Part shown: positions 29,383 to 37,042 of the stretch, in pieces
Position numbering within the stretch: position 1 is the first letter of the stretch
How the letters are laid out: every line of letters starts with the position of its first letter
Virus record (IMG/VR): IMGVR_UViG_3300027804_001810
Span: 1 to 64,000 of that record
Source of the DNA: a virus
Taxonomy: Duplodnaviria > Caudoviricetes
DNA: 64,000 nucleotides
Direction: 5' to 3' (one strand)
Notes under the pieces: generated by a model
Databases searched by the model: none
What the model was told of the DNA's origin: nothing
The model's input: the letters and a program-made list of their open reading frames with translations, nothing else
Translations under genes and position numbers: made by a program

Positions 29383-29640
29383 TCAACGGACTTCAAAATC
29401 TAAACGTCTAACTTTACGTTGACGCCTTGCTTCCTGAAAGGCAAGGTCTTCACTAGTTAGAACACCAGATTTTGATTTATGACTATAAGAGTTTAGCATA
29501 ACAACAGAAGATAAGTCAACTGCTGAAATCTTATCTCCACGAATGGTTGCCATATTTGGACAACCACAAGTCACAGTTTTCGTAGGATGCCCTTCTAACT
29601 CCTTTCCACAGGAGCGGCATCTGATTCTTAAATTTTCCAT
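29383..29640 (-). CDS. Cys-rich (zinc-ribbon-like) hypothetical protein
   Basis: CRSC...CGC. Confidence 0.75.
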   Translation of the reverse strand: MENLRIRCRSCGKELEGHPTKTVTCGCPNMATIRGDKISAVDLSSVVMLNSYSHKSKSGVLTSEDLAFQEARRQRKVRRLDFEVR

Positions 29641-29656
29641 CTCTATAATAAGTTAA

Positions 29657-30094
29657 TTATTTTTCAGTAAATGAACGAAGCATCCAAACGAACTTACCGT
29701 GTGCTTCATTTAAATCATCAAGAAGGTTAACTGTTCCTCTTGACTTCTGTTCGTCTGCTTCAACAGCAGCATCAGAAAGCATTGTAATTATTTTTTGATG
29801 TCCATCAATCAAGTCACGAATCATTTCCATTTCGGAAATATTAGACTTTGCTTCACCAATGCCAGAAACTTCTACTACTCGGGATAAAGAACTAACTGGT
29901 TTAATTTCCAGGAATCTCATATGCTCAGCAATACGATCAACTTCTTCTTGAAGGGCAAGATACTGCTCACCAAATAAATCGTGAATCTGCTTAAAGTCAG
30001 GTCCAACAATATGCCAGTGATAAACCCAAGTCTTTTGAAAGAGAACAAAAAGACTTGCCTGAGTATCAGAAAGTAATTTATATAACTTTTCCAT
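29657..30094 (-). CDS. dps: Dps/ferritin-like protein
   Basis: YHWHIVGPDFKQIHDLF...VDRIAE...HGKFVWML; TATAAATA late promoter at 30112-30119. Confidence 0.92.
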   Translation of the reverse strand: MEKLYKLLSDTQASLFVLFQKTWVYHWHIVGPDFKQIHDLFGEQYLALQEEVDRIAEHMRFLEIKPVSSLSRVVEVSGIGEAKSNISEMEMIRDLIDGHQKIITMLSDAAVEADEQKSRGTVNLLDDLNEAHGKFVWMLRSFTEK

Positions 30095-30120
30095 TATACC
30101 AGTTTTTTAGGTATTTATAA

Positions 30121-30192
30121 TGGGCGATGACGGATTCGAACCGCCGACCAATTGCGTGTAAAGCAACTGCGCTACCGCTGCGCTAATCGCCC
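30121..30192 (-). tRNA. tRNA-Val(TAC)
   Basis: Cloverleaf, anticodon loop TTTACAC. Confidence 0.94.
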
Positions 30193-30199
30193 AATTAAA

Positions 30200-30364
30200 T
30201 CAATGCTTATCCATAAGATATTCCACAGTATTTGCTACATCATTCATAGCATCCCGTAGATGAGTTTGTTGTCCAGATTCTTGCTTTACGATTGGACGAT
30301 GATCATCAGTCAAGGTCCAACGCCAGAGATTCATATCCTTACAGAACCAAAGATTAATTTTCAT
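30200..30364 (-). CDS. Small hypothetical protein, 54 aa (MKINLWFCKDMNLWRWTLTDD...)
   Basis: Manual translation; overlaps the upstream stop. Confidence 0.7.
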   Translation of the reverse strand: MKINLWFCKDMNLWRWTLTDDHRPIVKQESGQQTHLRDAMNDVANTVEYLMDKH

Positions 30365-30512
30365 TCTTGAAATACTCCAGTTCTATCCATTTAAGAAGGG
30401 TATTATAAGAATAGATTGCTGCTTCATTGCAGTTATTCTTTTGCATGTCTTGGATATAAAATTCAAGTGCCTCAATGACCATTTGGCGGTCCATCTGGGA
30501 AATAAGAGACAT
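30354..30512 (-). CDS. Hypothetical protein (MSLISQMDR...)
   Basis: GGAGG RBS; downstream of a promoter. Confidence 0.7.
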   Translation of the reverse strand: MSLISQMDRQMVIEALEFYIQDMQKNNCNEAAIYSYNTLLKWIELEYFKNEN

Positions 30513-30533
30513 AAACCTCCTAACTCGTTTCTT

Positions 30534-30569
30534 ATAATACATTAAAAAGGGGGTTTTGTCAACCCCCTT
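30534..30569 (-). terminator. pstS terminator with embedded sigma70 promoter TTGACA-N17-TATTAT
   Basis: AAGGGGGTT/AACCCCCTT stem plus T-run; -35 at 30557-30562, -10 at 30534-30539. Confidence 0.8.
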
Positions 30570-30574
30570 ATGTA

Positions 30575-31552
30575 TCACTTCTCACCCATACCGATTTGTT
30601 GGACTTTCAAACGGGCACGATTCAGGACCGAGCCAGCAAGGGGAACATAACCCAGATCATCAGCAATTGACTGTGCCTTGGAACTCAAAGCATAGTTGAT
30701 AGCGTCACGAACTGCCTGTGCCTTACCAGGAGCATAACCACTCTTATAGGCAAGAATCCAGGTCAGAGTGGAGATAGGATAGGCACGGGCACCTGCTGGG
30801 TTGGGATCTTCACCAGCAAGCGTCACAGGGTCCAGTTTGATGCCATTCAGGGCAGCAGCACCAGTCACAGCAGAAGGACCGACAAACTTACCTGCCTTGT
30901 TCTGGAGCACAGCAGCTTGGAGTTTGTTAGCACGGACGAATCCAGTATTCAGATAACCGATACCACCAGGAGTGTTGGAAAGAGTTCCAGCAACACCCTC
31001 ATTACCTTTAGCACCAATACCAGTAGGCCAGTTGATTGACTTACCTACGCCAGCAGTCCAACCACCAAAAGCATCCAGAGAATTAGTGAATGCATAAGTG
31101 GTTCCAGAACCGTCCGAACGATGAACAACCCTGATAGAACCAGCAGCACAACCAACTTGCTTCCAGTCCTTAATACGACCAGCAAAGATATCGACAGTTT
31201 GCTTCTGAGTCAGTTTCAGTTTGCATCCAGGTTTGTTATAAGCAACAGCAATCGTTCCACCCACCATAGGAATCTGAACGACACCACGCTTGACCTTTGC
31301 TGCTTCTTTTGCCTTGATAGGTTCATCAGAAGCACCGAAGTCTACGGTTCCAGCAACGAACTGACGAATGCCAGCACCAGAACCAACGGACTGATAGTTT
31401 ACTTTTTCACCAGTAGCACCAGCATAATCTTGGAACCAACGTTGGTAGATAGGTGCGGGGAAGGTAGCACCAGCGCCATTAATAGCAGGTCCAGCAAATG
31501 CAGCGGCAGGAGCAAGAGCGAGACCAAGTGTAGCAATGTGTTTGAGTTTCAT
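30575..31552 (-). CDS. pstS: Phosphate ABC transporter substrate-binding protein
   Basis: GAGATFPAP, YQSVGSGAG, RSDGSGTT, AYPIST. Confidence 0.97.
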   Translation of the reverse strand: MKLKHIATLGLALAPAAAFAGPAINGAGATFPAPIYQRWFQDYAGATGEKVNYQSVGSGAGIRQFVAGTVDFGASDEPIKAKEAAKVKRGVVQIPMVGGTIAVAYNKPGCKLKLTQKQTVDIFAGRIKDWKQVGCAAGSIRVVHRSDGSGTTYAFTNSLDAFGGWTAGVGKSINWPTGIGAKGNEGVAGTLSNTPGGIGYLNTGFVRANKLQAAVLQNKAGKFVGPSAVTGAAALNGIKLDPVTLAGEDPNPAGARAYPISTLTWILAYKSGYAPGKAQAVRDAINYALSSKAQSIADDLGYVPLAGSVLNRARLKVQQIGMGEK

Positions 31553-31582
31553 GAGAATTAAAAACTTCTTTGTAATTGTACT

Positions 31583-31607
31583 TGATTAAGTTTAAGAAAA
31601 AGTTAAA
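31583..31607 (-). promoter_or_regulatory. Pho-box-like direct repeats TTTAACTT-N3-CTTAAACT upstream of pstS
   Basis: 11-bp period; resembles the cyanobacterial YTTAAYY(T/A) half-site. Confidence 0.6.
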
Positions 31608-31621
31608 TGTTATCAAACACC

Positions 31622-31647
31622 AAAAAAACCTCCCCGAAAGGAGGTTT
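31622..31647 (-). terminator. Intrinsic terminator after the porin gene
   Basis: CCTCCT-TTCG-GGGAGG followed by T7. Confidence 0.85.
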
Positions 31648-31666
31648 AGAGGTATCGTAGATATTA

Positions 31667-33169
31667 TCAGAAACGGAAGGTCGTCTGAATCACACCACCA
31701 TAGTTGTCGGAAGCTTGCTTCAGACCTTGGTTGTTGGACACATAGAAGACCGCAGGAGTCACACTGATAGCATCACTAACTTTATAACGATAGAATGCTT
31801 CCCACATAATTGCCTTCTGATCAGCAGCAAGAGAAGCAGCATTACCAGGAGCACCGATGGCAAAACCAGCAGCATTACCCTTGGCAAACACATCGCTCCA
31901 TTGAAGACCTGCCATCCAAGTTTGTGAATCGGTGGCACCAGTAGGAGTCGTGCGGTTGTTAGACAGACTTACGGTGTTCCAACCATAAGCACCACTCACA
32001 GAAGGAATGATACCCGACTTCTTGGGTTGCCAGTAAGCATTCAGAGCATAACCATTGGAGGTTTGGTTAGCGCCAAGAGCACCAGATCCACCACCGATAG
32101 CATTGAAGTTACGAACACGAGTACCTTCAGTACCATAGCGATAACCGAATGCGATACCGTACTGAGGAGCACGATAACCAACTTGAGCAAGAGTGTTCAG
32201 AGAACCATCTTCATCAAACTGACCTTTGGTAGAATCGTTTCCGTTCTGGGCAACATAGTTCACACCAGCAACGAAACCGCCTTTACCCTTCTTACCAGGT
32301 TGTACCCACTGAGCACCGAAACCAGAACCAGTTGCCTTGTTGTAAACACCAGGAGCACCAGCAACTGAGAAGAAGTCCAGAATATCAGACTTGTATGCAG
32401 TAGGAACCCATGCCATTTCCGTGTTACGAACCAGAGCACCAGCAGTCAGGGTTACACCCTTAGCAAGTCCAGGAAAGCTGTAGTACAGACGATCAAGAGT
32501 AACTTGGTTTGCATAGGTTTCTGCCTTGTCCAGTTTGAACAGAGAAGATGAAGAACCGAAAGGTTGTGAAGAGAAGTTGCCAGAACGCAGACGGGTCTTG
32601 AGTAGATCCTTACCAGTGAAGGAAGTATCAAAACTCAGGCGGAGGTCATAGTTAAAAGCAGTGTTGCCGACGTTGCTGCTGTTAGCAAGACGAGCACCAT
32701 CTACACCACCCAGAACAAAGGTTGCTTCACCTTTCAGTTTGGTGGTAGTGGAGAACTGCTGTGCCTGAAGGGCAGCAGACTGCTTCTCCAGTTTAGCAAC
32801 GCGACCACGAAGAACTTGAAGTTCATTGGCGAACTCATTCGCAAGACGATTGAGTTCATCAGTAACTTCAGTCACACGATCAAGACAAGCATTCAGAAGT
32901 GCTGCTGCTTCAAAACGGGTCATTGCCTTACCACCAAGGTAAGTTCCGTTTTCATAACCAGCAACACAACCATAACGTTCTACGAGGTTGCTGAGTGCCT
33001 GATATGCCCAATCCGTAGGACGGACATCAGACAGTTGTGTGACGCTAGAAACCTGTTCTGTGGAAGTGTATTGGTTGACTGCTGCCATATTAAGATCTGC
33101 GGCATTCGCAGCAACAGGAGCAACCATTCCCAAAGCAACAGGTGCAAGCATCAGTTGTTTGATTTTCAT
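31667..33169 (-). CDS. Cyanobacterial outer-membrane porin (SLH domain plus OprB-type barrel, Som-like)
   Basis: Signal peptide, SDVRPTDWAYQAL SLH motif, QFSTTTKLKGE, terminal TTFRF. Confidence 0.93.
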   Translation of the reverse strand: MKIKQLMLAPVALGMVAPVAANAADLNMAAVNQYTSTEQVSSVTQLSDVRPTDWAYQALSNLVERYGCVAGYENGTYLGGKAMTRFEAAALLNACLDRVTEVTDELNRLANEFANELQVLRGRVAKLEKQSAALQAQQFSTTTKLKGEATFVLGGVDGARLANSSNVGNTAFNYDLRLSFDTSFTGKDLLKTRLRSGNFSSQPFGSSSSLFKLDKAETYANQVTLDRLYYSFPGLAKGVTLTAGALVRNTEMAWVPTAYKSDILDFFSVAGAPGVYNKATGSGFGAQWVQPGKKGKGGFVAGVNYVAQNGNDSTKGQFDEDGSLNTLAQVGYRAPQYGIAFGYRYGTEGTRVRNFNAIGGGSGALGANQTSNGYALNAYWQPKKSGIIPSVSGAYGWNTVSLSNNRTTPTGATDSQTWMAGLQWSDVFAKGNAAGFAIGAPGNAASLAADQKAIMWEAFYRYKVSDAISVTPAVFYVSNNQGLKQASDNYGGVIQTTFRF

Positions 33170-33290
33170 AAAAAGTTTGTTTTAGTACTAAACGGCATTA
33201 TACACCAGGGCATACAAACCCTATGTGTTATGGGTCACATAATTGACGCGAGTAGTTGGGGCGTCTCTTATGCGGTTTTATTTAGAGAGA

Positions 33291-33382
33291 CTTAACCAAT
33301 TCTTAAAAGATGATTAAGTTAACGGTATCATAGCATAACCGTATCAGATGTGTCAATTAAGATACGGTTAAGGTTTTTTAAG
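33291..33382 (-). promoter_or_regulatory. Porin promoter TTGACA-N18-TGnTATGAT flanked by TTAA repeats (Pho-box-like)
   Basis: TTAA at 11-bp period in 33291-33320 and at 10/11-bp spacing upstream of the -35. Confidence 0.55.
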
Positions 33383-33454
33383 AGCGGAGTATCGGAATCG
33401 AACCGACGACATCTAACTTGGAAGGATAGCGTTCTACCGCTGAACTAACTCCGC
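33383..33454 (-). tRNA. tRNA-Gly(TCC)
   Basis: Cloverleaf, anticodon loop CTTCCAA. Confidence 0.93.
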
Positions 33455-33458
33455 AATG

Positions 33459-33508
33459 GTGGGGATTTACCCAGCCTCAGGTTTCCCTTCACAGGCACGG
33501 AACCCCAC
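33459..33508 (-). ncRNA. Putative small RNA with a canonical kink-turn and GAAA tetraloop
   Basis: GCC-UGU-GA-AGG-GAAA-CCU-GA-GGC enclosed by GUGGGG/CCCCAC. Confidence 0.6.
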
Positions 33509-33534
33509 GCACATTCCTTCACACGGACGAAAGA

Positions 33535-33563
33535 AGTATATGACATAACGAGTATTATGTCAA
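33535..33563 (-). promoter_or_regulatory. sigma70 promoter TTGACA-N17-TATACT
   Basis: Near consensus; faces the k-turn RNA and tRNA-Gly. Confidence 0.82.
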
Positions 33564-33564
33564 G

Positions 33565-33637
33565 AGCCCCCGACAAGACTTGAACTTGCGACATCGGCTT
33601 TACAAAAGCCGCGCTCTACCAGCTGAGCTACAAGGGC
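33565..33637 (-). tRNA. tRNA-Thr(TGT)
   Basis: Cloverleaf, anticodon loop TTTGTAA. Confidence 0.93.
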
Positions 33638-33927
33638 AAAACAGAAGGTTTATGATAAGAAGTAAGACCAGCGTGTAATTCTCTATGGCAATTAGCACAA
33701 AGCATATAACACTTGTCTGCTTCTTTTTTCTGTTTTTCTAAAGATTTTGTAGAACCAGAAATTTGAAACTCTTTTGTGTTTTCATTAATGTGATGAAACT
33801 CTAATGCTTCAATACATTTATCATAACCACAAAATTCACACTTCCCGCCTTTATATTCAACAAGAAGTTCTTTTGTTTTTTTTCTCCAATTACCTACATT
33901 TTTCTTTAGTTTTTCTTGGTCTCTCAT
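33628..33927 (-). mobile_element. Free-standing HNH endonuclease gene within the tRNA array
   Basis: CEFCG...LEFHH...LCANCHRELH; TATAAATA late promoter at 33953-33960. Confidence 0.85.
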
Positions 33928-33967
33928 AGTGATTAACTTAATATGTTAATCTTATTTATAAGACCAA

Positions 33968-34040
33968 CTCCCCGAGTAGGGCACGATCCTACAACCTCAG
34001 TGTTAACAGCACTTTGCTCTACCAATTGAGCTATCGGGGA
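33968..34040 (-). tRNA. tRNA-Asn(GTT) with an atypical T-loop
   Basis: Anticodon loop CTGTTAA; T-loop ATCGTGC. Confidence 0.85.
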
Positions 34041-34065
34041 ATATAAGGAAACATAAAGTTTCCAA

Positions 34066-34139
34066 CAGGCACGGAGGGACTTGAACCCCCGACAAACCGA
34101 TTAGAAGTCGGATACTCTATCCATCTGAGTTACGTGCCC
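34066..34139 (-). tRNA. tRNA-Arg(TCT)
   Basis: Cloverleaf, anticodon loop CTTCTAA. Confidence 0.93.
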
Positions 34140-34159
34140 CTGAAGACTTTCTTATTATA

Positions 34160-34564
34160 CTACTGCTTGGGGCAGTCGTCAACCCATACAGCACAGATTC
34201 TCATTTCTCCACCAAGCAGTTTTTGTGCCTCACTGCCGTCTGATGGTTTCTCAACATATCTTGGTTTATAACGCTTATTTGATTCTTCAATGATACGGTC
34301 ATACTCTGGAGTTACTTCATCAATTGCCCGATCAACATCACGCTTGACTCTGCGTTCTACTGCGTGAGGATCTTGTAAAATAAGTTCATTAAGAATACCT
34401 TGTGGAAAATACTTTCTTTGAATCTCATCCAGTAAGTCCCAAAGTCCATTTTCAGATACTCCAGTACATTGTGAGAGTGCTGCGATAATAGTTGATAGTA
34501 CAATACTGACTATTATAAGTTGCTTTTTATCTGGTTTTTTCTTACCAAAATTAAAGTTGATCAT
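34160..34564 (-). CDS. Hypothetical membrane-anchored protein
   Basis: Basic N-terminus, hydrophobic helix, Cys after it. Confidence 0.75.
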   Translation of the reverse strand: MINFNFGKKKPDKKQLIIVSIVLSTIIAALSQCTGVSENGLWDLLDEIQRKYFPQGILNELILQDPHAVERRVKRDVDRAIDEVTPEYDRIIEESNKRYKPRYVEKPSDGSEAQKLLGGEMRICAVWVDDCPKQ

Positions 34565-34589
34565 AAGAGCACAGCACTCTTACTATGTA

Positions 34590-34799
34590 TCACTCCTCAA
34601 CAGATTCTTCAGTAAATTCTGGTTTTGATTCTTCTGCCACTTCTGGTTCAGGAAGTGTTACTCCAATTTGAGTTAAGTATTCAATTGCACCCTGAACTTT
34701 CAAAAGAAGCTCTCTACTTTGAAGCAGTTGCTGTTCAATTGAAGATTTTTGTTGTAAAAGATTTTGGAGATGTTGTTGTTGTTCGGTCATAAGTTTCAA
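34590..34799 (-). CDS. Small Gln/Glu-rich coiled-coil protein
   Basis: ORF; CTAAATA late-type promoter upstream. Confidence 0.7.
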   Translation of the reverse strand: MKLMTEQQQHLQNLLQQKSSIEQQLLQSRELLLKVQGAIEYLTQIGVTLPEPEVAEESKPEFTEESVEE

Positions 34800-34855
34800 T
34801 TAATCTCTTTTATTTAGAAGGGAGAGATATTCACTCTCCCCATTATTCTATTGTA

Positions 34856-35488
34856 TCAAACTTCTACCGTGATCAGACGAGAAGCATAATCATGAGCATA
34901 CGAAGTGCGAGCACCATGATGCCCCCATCCAATCCAACTATACGCATAGTCCATGTAGCGGTTAATTGATTTACCAGGAGTCTTCATACGCTCCTCAATC
35001 TCTTTCCACTGGACTTCATTCGTCAGATAACGAAGTTGCGTGTGAAGATTTGATGGAGAACCACCAAACTTCTTAGCAAAATCACCCAATCCATAATAAC
35101 GATTGGCAGATGTCCATTGAATCAGTCCATAACCACGCCAGCAGTTATGATAACTGGTTCTGCTACCACCTTCGCAAATATTAGGAACAAAAGTTGATTC
35201 TTGTCTAATATTGCCCATGATAGTAGCAAGGGCGTTTCTGTCTTTAATTCCAATGTCCTGAAAATAATTCAGGGCAACATTTTCATTTTCATTACACCCT
35301 TTACAAATAAGCCTTTTTTCTTTTGGCTTTTCGGGAGCAACCTCTTTGGTCGCTGTCGGTGTTTCAAACTCCTTAATAACAGAAAACGGCGCTGGTGGCG
35401 TCGTCAAAGGAGGAAATATCGGCAGTGTTGCCACGTTGGTCGTAACCGATGCCAGAAGAGGCAGGGCTACTGTAAAGAAATTTTGCAC
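34856..35488 (-). CDS. Phage tail-tip lysozyme (Phage_lysozyme2)-like cell-wall hydrolase with signal peptide
   Basis: ATIMGNIRQES...GYGLIQWT; GTG start. Confidence 0.8.
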   Translation of the reverse strand: MQNFFTVALPLLASVTTNVATLPIFPPLTTPPAPFSVIKEFETPTATKEVAPEKPKEKRLICKGCNENENVALNYFQDIGIKDRNALATIMGNIRQESTFVPNICEGGSRTSYHNCWRGYGLIQWTSANRYYGLGDFAKKFGGSPSNLHTQLRYLTNEVQWKEIEERMKTPGKSINRYMDYAYSWIGWGHHGARTSYAHDYASRLITVEV

Positions 35489-35499
35489 TAAACTTAATT

Positions 35500-35607
35500 G
35501 AACTCTACATCCGTATAGGGAAAGCGCACTTCCCTCTTCTCAGAGGGCAGACCCCACGGCTCTAATATCACATCAAATTCTCATGATGTAATCCCTGTTA
35601 TGGGATT
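35500..35607 (-). ncRNA. Highly structured 5' leader (two hairpins plus a three-way junction)
   Basis: AATCCC/GGGATT; ACATCA/TGATGT; CCGTG..GGG/CCC..TACGG enclosing CCCTCT-GAGA-AGAGGG. Confidence 0.5.
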
Positions 35608-35611
35608 TTTC

Positions 35612-35640
35612 ATAATAAGTTAATATTTAGGATTTGTCAA
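35612..35640 (-). promoter_or_regulatory. sigma70 promoter TTGACA-N17-TATTAT with a nested CTAAATA
   Basis: Direct reading. Confidence 0.75.
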
Positions 35641-35697
35641 GTGTGCCAATTGAAAAACTGTCTCGCTAAATACAAATAGTTCATCATCACTAGAACA

Positions 35698-36159
35698 ATG
35701 AAAAGATTAGCACTTATCTTTTCGTTATTCCTTACCACTCCTGCTTTTGCTGGCGAAATCACATCAAAAATCACTGACTCAATTCAATTAAGCGTTCAGG
35801 GTGCAGCGGTTCAAACAGAAAGAGTAGGAGGATCCTACGCTGTCTCTGGCACAAACATTAATGTAACAACTCTTGGAGGAGTTGGTGGAGCGGGTTCTTA
35901 TGCGGTCAACACAAACGGGCAAGCATTTACTTTCTCTGAAACATCAATCACTGCAGATACTGTGGTCACCAATCAGTCGGCAGCTTCTGGAACAATTGCT
36001 TCTCCCAACCTTTATGGCAACTCTACTACTCAGTTAGGTGGAGATAAAGGTTCTCTTGCTGGTACTTTAAGTGGAACTGGCGTCCCTACAGTCACTGCTG
36101 GCGGATCTGGAACGAGTGCAACAGCACAAAGAACCATCGAATTAAGCGTATTCAAGTGA
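35698..36159 (+). CDS. Secreted Gly/Ser/Thr-rich hypothetical protein
   Basis: Signal peptide (PAFA); plus-strand CTAAATA at 35666-35672. Confidence 0.8.
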   Translation: MKRLALIFSLFLTTPAFAGEITSKITDSIQLSVQGAAVQTERVGGSYAVSGTNINVTTLGGVGGAGSYAVNTNGQAFTFSETSITADTVVTNQSAASGTIASPNLYGNSTTQLGGDKGSLAGTLSGTGVPTVTAGGSGTSATAQRTIELSVFK

Positions 36160-36518
36160 GACACATAACTCCCGTTTTGCTGGTAGCAGCGGGATTTATA
36201 TCTCCCTGCTATGCTGGACCAGTCACTCCTAACTTTACGAGTGGCACAATTACTTCTGAGACTAAAACTCGCACTGAAGTGATTGAAGTTATCAAACAAA
36301 TAGAATATACCACTGGGACATCTTATACAGTCACTGGTACTAACATCAACATCCCTGGAACACCTGCTCCAGGAGCGAACTATACGATCATCAATCAAGG
36401 TGCTCCGTTCCAGTTTAGTGAGACTTATCTGACTCCTGGAATTGCGAAAGAAACATGGATAGATCGCAAAACGGTAGAAGAATCTACCACAAATTCTATA
36501 TCTGTCTTTACACAATAA
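36156..36518 (+). CDS. Secreted Thr-rich hypothetical protein
   Basis: Signal peptide; GTGA overlap with the upstream gene. Confidence 0.78.
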   Translation: MRHITPVLLVAAGFISPCYAGPVTPNFTSGTITSETKTRTEVIEVIKQIEYTTGTSYTVTGTNINIPGTPAPGANYTIINQGAPFQFSETYLTPGIAKETWIDRKTVEESTTNSISVFTQ

Positions 36519-37042
36519 TCGGTTTAGCGTCTCCTGTATTTGCAGAAGCACCATCTAATACGAATATTGCAGGACCCTCGGCATCTGCGACTGGCAATGT
36601 AACCAATCAGGCAGTACAGGTGCTTCAGGGTCCTTTTGCTGTGAATACTTATGGTGGTGGTGTTTCATGTCAAGGTCCAACATTAAACGTTCAGACTTTT
36701 GGATACAATAGTTTATCTGGTAGCACTGACCCAACTTCATATCAACAAAATTCTCTAAACACTGGTTTGTCGGCAGGTTTCTCTATTCCTCTTGATGGTT
36801 CATTTCAAGAACTTTGTAAGACAAGAGTTCGTACAGAGATTACAAGACAACAAGCAGAAGCAGATAAAGCAAGATTAGATTTTGAATTAGTCAGGCTATT
36901 GAAGTGTGGTGAAGCAATGAAGAATGGAATTTCATTTCACCCAGAGAGTCCTTATGCAAAAATCTGTGCTGATGTTGTTGTGAAGTATCCAAGAGTACAG
37001 GATGTAGCAAATGGAAATCAAACCAATCCAAATAAGAAGTGA
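36455..37042 (+). CDS. Secreted Cys-containing hypothetical protein
   Basis: SPVFA signal cleavage, four Cys in the mature part, C-terminal coiled coil. Confidence 0.75.
   Translation: MDRSQNGRRIYHKFYICLYTIIGLASPVFAEAPSNTNIAGPSASATGNVTNQAVQVLQGPFAVNTYGGGVSCQGPTLNVQTFGYNSLSGSTDPTSYQQNSLNTGLSAGFSIPLDGSFQELCKTRVRTEITRQQAEADKARLDFELVRLLKCGEAMKNGISFHPESPYAKICADVVVKYPRVQDVANGNQTNPNKK

Noticed and set aside
35500-35562. c-di-AMP (ydaO) or glutamine riboswitch
   Set aside because: The conserved sequence blocks I recall for those families are absent; kept as an unknown structured leader
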